In this document: one piece after another, positions 1 through 7,526 of the stretch
How the letters are laid out: every line of letters begins with the position of its first letter
How positions within the stretch are numbered: position 1 is the first letter of the stretch
Source: Candidatus Bathyarchaeota archaeon
Lineage (GTDB): Archaea; Thermoproteota; Bathyarchaeia; Bathyarchaeales; WUQV01
Reading direction: 5' to 3'
Assembly: GCA_009889585.1 (NCBI GenBank)
Contig: WUQV01000172.1
Span: forward strand, 1-24,000
DNA: 24,000 nt
Position numbers and translations under genes: made by a program
Notes under the pieces: model-generated
Told to the model about the DNA's origin: nothing
Seen by the model: the letters and a program-made list of their open reading frames with translations, nothing else
Databases searched by the model: none

Positions 1-1
1 C

Positions 2-454
2 GTCGCCGTCGACACGAGGAAGCTAGCCGACGGAGATCAAGAGGTGGTCCTCATGGCTTACGACAAAATCGGGCATGTCTCGATCGCCAAGCTGAGGATA
101 CGCGTCGATAATACGCCTCCGTCCGTAGCCATATTAAGCCCGGCCCCCGGCTCCCTCCTGTTCTTCACGACCGAAATCAAGTTCTCGGTAAGCGATGCGA
201 ATTTGAAGAGGGCGACGCTTATAATCGGCGGGGTTGAATACGACGTAACCGATAAGACGTCGTTCAGCTTGAATACGCTTGACTTAAGGGATGGTGAGCA
301 CGAGATCCGCTTAGAGGCCGAGGATCTCGTCGGAAACTTCTCGGCAACGTCGATAACGATAAGGACGTTTAACTATGCCCTCATCGGAGGATCCATCGCT
401 ATCGCGATAGGAGCCGCTTTAATGGCGCTATTGATCAAGCGTCGTAAGCGTTAA
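2..454 (+). CDS. C-terminal part of a surface/secreted protein with Ig-like (Big/PKD-like) domain and C-terminal TM anchor; 5' end lies outside the window
   Basis: Frame is open from base 2 (VAVDTRKLADGDQEVVLMAYDKIG...). Contains 'DNTPPSVAILSPAPGSLLFFTTEIKFSVSDANL...' typical of Ig-like repeats, then the hydrophobic 'YALIGGSIAIAIGAALMALLI' and an RKRR tail. Confidence 0.75.
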   Translation, partial: VAVDTRKLADGDQEVVLMAYDKIGHVSIAKLRIRVDNTPPSVAILSPAPGSLLFFTTEIKFSVSDANLKRATLIIGGVEYDVTDKTSFSLNTLDLRDGEHEIRLEAEDLVGNFSATSITIRTFNYALIGGSIAIAIGAALMALLIKRRKR

Positions 455-760
455 ACTAAGGCCATTCCCTTTTTATTTAACAAATGGACTAGCTGAGAGG
501 AGCATGAGCGCATCTTTTTTAGTGAAAACTTGATCTTAACGGTCAAAGCTTCTACTTTTGGCTTTCAAGTATTTGCTCACCTTACGAAGCTCCTTCAAAA
601 TACCTACTTGCGCATTAGGCCTTAAGATGGTCTTTCCCTGATCTTTGGCTAGTACGCGCATTATAGAGCTCTTACGAGAAGGCCCATAGAAGGCATATCT
701 GAGCCCTAGCTTAGAATTTGGTGATAATTTTAAATCTTTGGATGCTCAATTTATCGCGAG

Positions 761-1306
761 ATGATCATCGAGATAATCTTAAGCGCTTTAAGCGTTATCG
801 CCAGCGTCGTTGCGGCTGTAGCCATTTTGGCCTATTGGCTCGGCCGAAGGTTCGAGCGAATCGACGCGAGGTTCGAGCGAATTGAAGAAAGGTTCGAAGG
901 AAGGTTCGCCGGGATCGAAAGAGCGCTTAGATCCCTTGCCTTAGCCTCGGCCGAAGCCCAAAGGGTGATCGTCGACTTCCTATCCTTAAAGGGCCTTCTG
1001 GAGAGGTCCGAATCGGAGTACCTCGCGAGAAGGATCGAAGGGCTCTTTCGCGTTTACGCAGGATCCTCCTCAAATCCGTTAAGCGAGGATGAGCTCCGAT
1101 TCATAAGGGAGTTCTTTTCGAGGGTCTCAAAGGACGCCGACTCGGCCACGATGGAGGAGGCGGAAAGGGCTTATGAAATAGGCAAGAGGATCTTCGCGGA
1201 AGGGGATGAAAGGGGCTTCCTAGTGGCCGTTGCGGCGGCTTATGCAAGGGGCTATTTAGTGAGCCGAGAAGTTAGGAAGCGCAAGCTTGAGGGGGCGCGA
1301 ATCTAA
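761..1306 (+). CDS. Hypothetical protein: N-terminal TM helix, coiled-coil, conserved-looking C-terminal helical region
   Basis: 181 aa ORF. TM segment 'IILSALSVIASVVAAVAILAYWLG', then heptad-like repeats 'RRFERIDARFERIEERFEGRF'. TATA-like 'ttttaaatc' about 30 nt upstream of the ATG. Confidence 0.75.
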   Translation: MIIEIILSALSVIASVVAAVAILAYWLGRRFERIDARFERIEERFEGRFAGIERALRSLALASAEAQRVIVDFLSLKGLLERSESEYLARRIEGLFRVYAGSSSNPLSEDELRFIREFFSRVSKDADSATMEEAERAYEIGKRIFAEGDERGFLVAVAAAYARGYLVSREVRKRKLEGARI

Positions 1307-1439
1307 AACTCGAAGATAAACCCTCGCCGCAGATGACCACTTGGTTTAGAGCGTTTTGCCGCATAAGGTGGATCGATAAAGGCTTAAGTATCATTAGGTG
1401 CATCGTTCGACATGCCTTCGTCGGCCGAGGAATCGTCGG

Positions 1440-2144
1440 ATGAAGGCCGTTGCCCTCGTCTCAGGCGGCATGGATTCGCCTTTAGCCGCTGCGTTGATGA
1501 GCAAGAAGATGGAGATAATCCCAGTTCACTTCCTAACTCATCCATTCGGTAGGACTTCGCTTGAGGTCGTCTTTAACTCGTTTAAGGTTTTAAAGGAGAG
1601 GATAGGGTTCAAGACGATAATATTATGTCCTTGGGGAAAGGCGCTATCAACTATCGTTAAAAACCCATTAAAAAGGGCGTATACATGCTTAATTTGTAGA
1701 AGGGGGATGTTAAAGGCGTCGGAGATGATTTGTGAATCTAGTGGAGCCGTAGCGATAATCACTGGTGAATCCTTGGGGCAAAAGGCAAGTCAAACGCTTC
1801 GCAATATGGCCGTTACCTCGCGAGGGATACGATATCCAATCTTAAGGCCCCTTTTAGGCTTGAATAAGGATGAAATAGAAAGGTTATCGAAAAGGCTTGG
1901 GATATGGGTTGAAAAACACGTTGGCGCTTGTACTGCGTTTCCTAAAAATCCTGTGACGAAAGGAGATGCTAAAGTCTTAAAAGAGCTATATGATGCCTTA
2001 AATATGCAAGAAATAGTTGAAGAATGCATTAAAAATAGCTTCAAAGGAGATGTAGAGGACGTAAGCGATTTGAAGGATTTCTTCTTAGAGTCATCGAGGA
2101 AGATCGTGGAAAGCTTATTTTCCGAGGGTATTTTTGAAGCGTGA
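1440..2144 (+). CDS. ThiI-like tRNA sulfurtransferase PP-loop (adenine nucleotide alpha-hydrolase) domain protein
   Basis: 'ALVSGGMDSPLAAALMSKK' PP-loop, 'YTCLICRRGM', 'GESLGQKASQTLRNM', 'PILRPLLGLNKDEI' are the ThiI core motifs. The ATG at 1440 places the PP-loop near the N-terminus. Confidence 0.85.
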   Translation: MKAVALVSGGMDSPLAAALMSKKMEIIPVHFLTHPFGRTSLEVVFNSFKVLKERIGFKTIILCPWGKALSTIVKNPLKRAYTCLICRRGMLKASEMICESSGAVAIITGESLGQKASQTLRNMAVTSRGIRYPILRPLLGLNKDEIERLSKRLGIWVEKHVGACTAFPKNPVTKGDAKVLKELYDALNMQEIVEECIKNSFKGDVEDVSDLKDFFLESSRKIVESLFSEGIFEA

Positions 2145-2178
2145 ATTAACGTTCCTATGACGTTAGATCGATTCGCGA

Positions 2179-2364
2179 TCATGAGGGCTGCGACTTTAAC
2201 GATCGAATGAGGGCGGATGCCTCACGAGCGGTCCTAGCCGTTGCGACCTTTTTAGCTCTTTCGACCTCCAATCGCGACTTACAATAAGGGCAAGCCTTCG
2301 TCCTTTGGATAGCTTTTGTTAATAAAAGCCGTCCGCATTTATAACAAACGATGATCGCGTACAC
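2179..2364 (-). CDS. Small archaeal zinc-ribbon protein (DUF1922-like)
   Basis: 61 aa, 'IVCYKCGRLLLTKAIQRTKACPYCKSRLEVERAKKVATARTAREA' with two CxxC pairs. Confidence 0.6.
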   Translation of the reverse strand: MYAIIVCYKCGRLLLTKAIQRTKACPYCKSRLEVERAKKVATARTAREASALIRSLKSQPS

Positions 2365-2414
2365 TTAAGCCCGTCCTCACCTTTCGCGAAAAGCTTTTCC
2401 TTCGTTAAGTAGAT

Positions 2415-2786
2415 TTGCCTTATGGAGTTGCTTATATGAACGAAGAAGGGGAGAAGGCTTCCTTGATCGACTTAACCATCGAGCACTTCAGCAAGATCGG
2501 CTATAAGGTCGAAAGGGACGTGACTTTAGAAGGCCTGCCGAGCTTAACTCGTAAATGCGACTTGTTAATTCGAAGGGGCGATGAACGCCGCTTGGTTTTT
2601 GTTAAGGATTGGAGGAGATCGGTCGGAGTGAATACCATCATAAACGTCGATAGAGCAGCCGAGGCCTTGAAGATCCCAGGCCCCATCATCGTCTCCAACG
2701 AATTTAGCGAACACGCTAGGGCTTACGCTAAGAGGAGAGGCGTGACGTTGTTGACGAAGCAAGAGGTCTTAAGGAAGTTACGCTAA
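2415..2786 (+). CDS. Restriction-endonuclease-like (PD-(D/E)XK / Mrr-like) small protein
   Basis: 'ARKCDLLIRRGDERRLVFVKDWRRSVG...' resembles 'xDLxx...xxV(E/K)xK'; C-terminal 'PIIVSNEFSEHARAYAKRRGVTLLTKQEV' is typical of the family. The start could instead be ATG 2436. Confidence 0.55.
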   Translation: MPYGVAYMNEEGEKASLIDLTIEHFSKIGYKVERDVTLEGLPSLTRKCDLLIRRGDERRLVFVKDWRRSVGVNTIINVDRAAEALKIPGPIIVSNEFSEHARAYAKRRGVTLLTKQEVLRKLR

Positions 2787-2795
2787 AGATCGTTC

Positions 2796-3407
2796 TTAAG
2801 GCCTTAAGAACTCTTCTAAACGCCCCTCCGATTCTAACTTCTTAAGCCAATCGATTGTTCCAATACGACAAGGGGCATTTCCGTTTAAAATGGAGATTAT
2901 TTCCTCAACGACCGTTTCGACCGCCTTGTTCGTTACGTCAACCTCGCAAACCCTCCCTCGGCCGAGGGCGTTAGCGGCTTCGAAGAGACAGATGTCTAAG
3001 ACCTCGGCGAGTAGGTTCTCCTGAAGCTTGCGGCTCGAGTAACCACGCCTCTCCATGATGCGCTTCAACTCGTCCGGATCCATCCTTAAGACGAACGCCT
3101 TATGTATCAACTCAGGGGGTACGACGTGCATCGCGTAATGCCCGTCGACGACGACATCACCTTCGACGTGGCGTACGATCTCTTCGACCCTCTTCGAAAG
3201 CCTCCTTACGTCCGCGATGAACGCGCCTCTAACCTCATCAAAGCCTAAGAAGAGGCGCTCCTTCTCCACGAGCTCCGCTAGGTCTATGTGAATCGCTCCG
3301 ATCTTAGCCGAAAGGACGCGAGAGACGGATGTCTTGCCAACGCAAGGGGTGCCCGTTATCACTAAGATGCGCTTGAACTCGTTCATGGTCGAATTAGGAC
3401 GCAACAT
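2796..3407 (-). CDS. Archaeal Fap7/AK6-type putative adenylate kinase (P-loop)
   Basis: 'RILVITGTPCVGKTSVSRVLSAK' Walker A, 'VVDGHYAMHVVPPELIHKAFVLRMDPDELKRIMERRGYSSRKLQENLLAE' diagnostic of the family. The start may be the internal Met (MNEFKR). Confidence 0.85.
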   Translation of the reverse strand: MLRPNSTMNEFKRILVITGTPCVGKTSVSRVLSAKIGAIHIDLAELVEKERLFLGFDEVRGAFIADVRRLSKRVEEIVRHVEGDVVVDGHYAMHVVPPELIHKAFVLRMDPDELKRIMERRGYSSRKLQENLLAEVLDICLFEAANALGRGRVCEVDVTNKAVETVVEEIISILNGNAPCRIGTIDWLKKLESEGRLEEFLRP

Positions 3408-3711
3408 CGGACGTCAAGGCGATCTATCACTTAAGCTTAGCTGACGGTTTTAAGGGCTTAAAAGGCCTTCAACTACTCGCGACTCCCCCTTACGACCTCC
3501 TTACGAGGGGCTGTAGAAGTTAAGGAACGACAAAGCCGACGTAATTAGGAAAGGCGTTAAGTTGGCTTAAGAAAGAGCCTACAATTGATTCACGACCGCC
3601 GCTTTAACTTCGCGGCTCTTGATTAACTAATTAGAGTCAATTCTTCTTCATCATGAAAACGCATCACAAAAGATAAATACGAGAATTTGTAATTCCCTTT
3701 ACGAGTATTAA

Positions 3712-4377
3712 ATGTCAAACGAAGTATCGCCTACGATAGAGGAATACCTTGAAGCCATGTATAGGCTGCAAGAGAGGGATGGCTTCGCGAAGACAACCGA
3801 GCTCGCAAAACGATTAAAGGTGGCGCTTGGAACGATAACTAACACCGTCGAAAGCATGGAGAGGCAAGGCTTAGTCGAGCATAAGCCCTACAAAGGCGTG
3901 AAGCTCACCGACAAGGGACGAAAAATAGCCTTGGACGTCGTCAGGCGTCACCGCCTTTCGGAGTGCTTGCTCGTTGATATTTTGAAGGTGGACTGGAGCA
4001 AGGCACACGATGCGGCTTGCAAGCTTGAGCACGTCTTCGCTGATAAGGAATTAAGCCAGCCGCTAGAAAGAGCCTTAGGGTATCCGAAAACTTGTCCGCA
4101 TGGCAACCCAATTCCGTCGGAGTACGGGGAACAAGCTGAGGAGCGATCCGAGGTTCTGACGTCCTTAAACGTCGGGGAAAAGTGCGTAATTACAAAGGTG
4201 ACAGACGAAAACGAAGAAATACTGCGGTATTTAGATAAGCTCGGGCTCGTGCCAGGTGCCTCTATTGAGGTTGAAGGTAAGGCCCCCTTCGACGGCCCCA
4301 TCATAGTTAAGGTTGGGAGCACTAACTTCGCTTTAGGAAGGAACATCGCGTCGGTGATTTGGGTTAAAAAAGCCTAA
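3712..4377 (+). CDS. DtxR/MntR-family metal-dependent transcriptional regulator with C-terminal FeoA-like domain
   Basis: 'TIEEYLEAMYRLQER...AKRLKVALGTITNTVESMERQGLVEHKPYKGVKLTDKGRKIA' wHTH, metal-binding/dimerisation region, and FeoA-like 'LDKLGLVPGASIEVEGKAPFDGPIIVKVG'. TATA-like 'agataaatac' upstream. Confidence 0.9.
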   Translation: MSNEVSPTIEEYLEAMYRLQERDGFAKTTELAKRLKVALGTITNTVESMERQGLVEHKPYKGVKLTDKGRKIALDVVRRHRLSECLLVDILKVDWSKAHDAACKLEHVFADKELSQPLERALGYPKTCPHGNPIPSEYGEQAEERSEVLTSLNVGEKCVITKVTDENEEILRYLDKLGLVPGASIEVEGKAPFDGPIIVKVGSTNFALGRNIASVIWVKKA

Positions 4378-4568
4378 TTCAAAGGCGCTGGGCATACTCG
4401 ATTGATTTTTGTCGCTTTTCGAGAGGTCTTAAGGCGGCGCTGATGGCAGCCCATACCTGAGACCATCCTACAGCCCCGTTACTCAACTCCACCTTTTATC
4501 GATGATGTCATAACCTTAGCCCTGTCTTGGCCAATGTTGCGGGCGCATGACCTCCTTCTCAACCCCTC

Positions 4569-4715
4569 TTATGAAGTTCCTGGTCTCTTAGGCAGATCAT
4601 CGTAGTACTCTGGCCCCTTTGTGTTCGAGAAGCACGCCTCATATCCACTAGAGCCACCTACGCAGCTTCCGTTGAGCACCACGCCTTCCGGCCAAAAGTT
4701 AGAAGGTATCTTCAT
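4569..4715 (-). pseudogene. Short minus-strand ORF/remnant, unassigned
   Basis: Manually read 48 aa ORF: MKIPSNFWPEGVVLNGSCVGGSSGYEACFSNTKGPEYYDDLPKRPGTS*; the frame is open upstream (RTNPWLGRKAFAA). Shares a sub-motif with the 5.8 kb region. Confidence 0.3.
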
Positions 4716-5204
4716 GGCGGCAAAAGCCTTTCGTCCCAGCCATGGATTAGTCCTCTATCAATTTAACCCAACCTTACAGCTTCTTGAGCCTCCTCGTGAA
4801 CGTTAAAAGCGCCATCAGCAGAAGCATTATTCGCGCTTTAGAGCACATCATTAACGTCAAGCGATGTAATTAGTCTCACATTACGCCTTATTTAGGCCGT
4901 TAAACGAACTCATCCACCCTTACTTTGAGAAATGACTTCTAAAGTCCATCGCGTTAATTACCTCAAATTTGCTCGCCTCCCTATAGTCTAAACGTAACGC
5001 CATTCACTTGTCAAAACGATCCATTTGAAAATGTGGTATTAGGACCTCGATGTTAAATGATGACGATGAGGGCTCTGTTTAAGCATAAGCCTGTGCGCCT
5101 TTATCGCCTCTTCACTTATATAGCCCTTTTAAAAGGTAAAAAGGCTTTTAAAAGGGCCGTGCTAACTATTAGCAAGTGCCTAGCCTCCCATAGATACTGT
5201 CATT

Positions 5205-5717
5205 ATGATCGTCGGGTTCGCCGCTACGATCGCCGCTATTTTGGGAGTTATTTATAAATTTGGACGCTGGACTAAGGCTGTCGAGGGTCAAATGAATGAT
5301 CTTCGATTTACCGTTAGAAGCCTTTCTTTAGTGCTCAAGACTATAGTTGATATATTTATCGAATTGCGGAAGAGATTATTAGGCCGTGAAGTGATTACTT
5401 TAGATATGGTAATTGATATTCTTAGCGAAGCTTCTGAAAGAGTTTCAGAGAGCGTAATAGAAACGTACTTTTCAATATATGGTGAAAAATCAGGCAATCC
5501 GAACGTCCACAAGGAACGTAGAAAGAGGGAGCTTTTAGAAAAGGCACGACAAAGGCAAATTTCTTATGCTGAAGCGGAGGAGCTGAAGAACATCTTAGAG
5601 GATCAGAAAAAGCGACACGAAGCCAGTGGGGACATCGTCGGAGCGATTCTTTTGGGATTATTGCTCTTGTTCGTACTGGCCATTCTAGCTGGTTTTCTCA
5701 AGGAGGGGAAAGGATAG
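5205..5717 (+). CDS. Hypothetical protein: N-terminal hydrophobic helix, helical/coiled-coil region, C-terminal TM segment
   Basis: 170 aa ORF. 'MIVGFAATIAAILGVIYKFGRW', then 'NPNVHKERRKRELLEKARQRQISYAEAEELKNILE' and TM 'VGAILLGLLLLFVLAILAGFLK'. Architecture resembles 761..1306. Confidence 0.7.
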   Translation: MIVGFAATIAAILGVIYKFGRWTKAVEGQMNDLRFTVRSLSLVLKTIVDIFIELRKRLLGREVITLDMVIDILSEASERVSESVIETYFSIYGEKSGNPNVHKERRKRELLEKARQRQISYAEAEELKNILEDQKKRHEASGDIVGAILLGLLLLFVLAILAGFLKEGKG

Positions 5718-6228
5718 CTTTAGATGAAGCTATGGAAGACGTCCCAAGTCCTGAGCGACTCATGCGTTCCATCTAGGCCCTCTCAGAGCGAAGAAACCCT
5801 CATTGAAGGTATCTTCATAAGCGCCAAGCCGTTCGTTATAACTTCAGAATACTTCGACTTCACCGCCTTCTTCCTCCTTGAAGATGCCTCCCAGCATTTC
5901 AGCCTTCTTTTTATCAAATACAACTAAAGCTATTAGAGAATCTCATCTCTTCATTCACGATACCCAGAGCCACCTTCCCTTTATGTTTATATTTACCTCA
6001 TTGGCATACTATGAACCACGTAATCGAGCTTCAATATCAAACAATATACTCATAGATAAGGTTGGTATGCCTCTTATCTTAAGCATAGACAATGACATAG
6101 TGGACATAAGTATTTCAAAACAGTTGTATGCTCAACTATCCTCCTTAGGCTAAGGCCCTTAAATACGTTCGGAGCGTAACCATGATGAAAAACCCTTATC
6201 TATCGGGACGTCTCTTAAAAGCGCTAGC

Positions 6229-7506
6229 GTGAAGGAGGACGTGTCGCTCCAACCGAAGAGAACATCGTTACAACTCTATCGATTAAAAAAGTTACTGGAT
6301 TTTTTGGCAAGCAAAGAGGGAAGGGGAACGGAGTTAATCTCTCTATACATTCCGCCGGGTCGCCAAATCAGCGACACCGTGGCGATGTTAAGACAGGAGT
6401 ACGGAACGGCTTCTAACATCAAGTCCGATACGACGAGGAGGAACGTTCAAGACGCGCTTGTAAAGGTTATGCAACGCCTTAAGCTCTTTAAGGAGGCGCC
6501 TGAGAGCGGGCTCGTTATCTTCTGTGGAGCTATTCCACAAGATGGAGGGCCTGGAAGCGAGAAGATAGAAACTTACGTAATAATACCGCCTGAGCCGATC
6601 GACGTTTACTTATACCGTTGTGACTCAAGGTTTCACATAGAGTACTTACAGGAGCAGTTAAAGGAAAAGGAAGCTTATGGAATAGTCGTCATGGACGCTA
6701 GCTCGGCGACGATCGCTATATTAAAGGGCAAGAGGGTCGAAGTGGTGGAAGAGATAACCTCTGGCATCCCTGGGAAGCATAGGGCTGGAGGTCAATCCGC
6801 TAGGCGCTTCGAAAGGTTAAGGGAGATGAGGCTCATCGAATATTATTCCAGAGTTGGAAGGCATGTGAACGAGGCATTTTTAAGCGTGCCGGAGTTAAAG
6901 GGGATCATCATAGCAGGGCCAGGGCCTACGAAGTATGAACTTCAAAAAGGGGATTATCTTCACTACTCATTAAAAGATAAGGTTGTTGGAATAATAGATA
7001 CGGCGTACTCGGATGAGCAAGGGGTTGAAGAGGTAGTCGAAAAGGCGCCTGAGATAATACAAAGGGTTCGTTACGTTGAGGAGAAGCAAATAGTTCAAGA
7101 GTTCTTATATCATATCGGACATGATACAGGCTTAGCGACGTACGGCGAGGTTGAAGTTCGAAAGGCTTTGGATGCAGGGGTCGTGAGGACGTTATTGCTA
7201 TCCGAGGACTTAGAGATCCTTTGCGTGACGGTTCAATGCAGCTCGTGTGGATACGTTGAACGTCGCTCTATGAGAAGCGTCGACGTATTGAGCTTCAAAT
7301 ACGGCTTGGCAAAGGGATCGTGCGTGAGTTGCGGAGCTCAATCCATTTCGGCCATCGAGACGGAGGAATTAATCGAGGATTTAGCGAAAATAGCCGAAGG
7401 ACAAGGGGTTAACGTAGAAGTAATCTCTACGGAGACGGAAGAGGGGCAGATGTTGAAGAAGTCATTCGGAGGAGTTGCAGCGATACTTCGCTTCAAGCAA
7501 GGTTAA
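6229..7506 (+). CDS. prf1: Archaeal peptide chain release factor subunit 1 (aRF1)
   Basis: Contains 'SNIKSDTTRRNV' (NIKS), 'GIPGKHRAGGQSARRFERLRE' (GGQ), 'GPGPTKYEL', and a C-terminal zinc-ribbon-like CxxC...CxxC. GTG start. Confidence 0.97.
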   Translation: MKEDVSLQPKRTSLQLYRLKKLLDFLASKEGRGTELISLYIPPGRQISDTVAMLRQEYGTASNIKSDTTRRNVQDALVKVMQRLKLFKEAPESGLVIFCGAIPQDGGPGSEKIETYVIIPPEPIDVYLYRCDSRFHIEYLQEQLKEKEAYGIVVMDASSATIAILKGKRVEVVEEITSGIPGKHRAGGQSARRFERLREMRLIEYYSRVGRHVNEAFLSVPELKGIIIAGPGPTKYELQKGDYLHYSLKDKVVGIIDTAYSDEQGVEEVVEKAPEIIQRVRYVEEKQIVQEFLYHIGHDTGLATYGEVEVRKALDAGVVRTLLLSEDLEILCVTVQCSSCGYVERRSMRSVDVLSFKYGLAKGSCVSCGAQSISAIETEELIEDLAKIAEGQGVNVEVISTETEEGQMLKKSFGGVAAILRFKQG

Positions 7507-7526
7507 CGCTTAATGCTTCCTTGACG

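Noticed and set aside
1538-2182. Minus-strand ORFs 1538..1762 and 1790..2182
   Set aside because: Fully antisense to the well-supported ThiI-like gene; shadow ORFs.
3948-4346. Minus-strand ORF 3948..4346 (132 aa)
   Set aside because: Antisense to the DtxR-family gene; Ser/Pro-rich low-complexity texture of a shadow frame.
4621-5927. Forward ORFs 4621..4806, 5057..5257, 5724..5927
   Set aside because: No domain or signal. The opposite strand reads more protein-like for the first and third; 5057..5257 overlaps the promoter and start of 5205..5717.
5878-6153. Forward ORF 5878..6153 (91 aa)
   Set aside because: AT-rich, no recognisable motif. The minus strand also has a short readable piece here, so neither strand can be supported.
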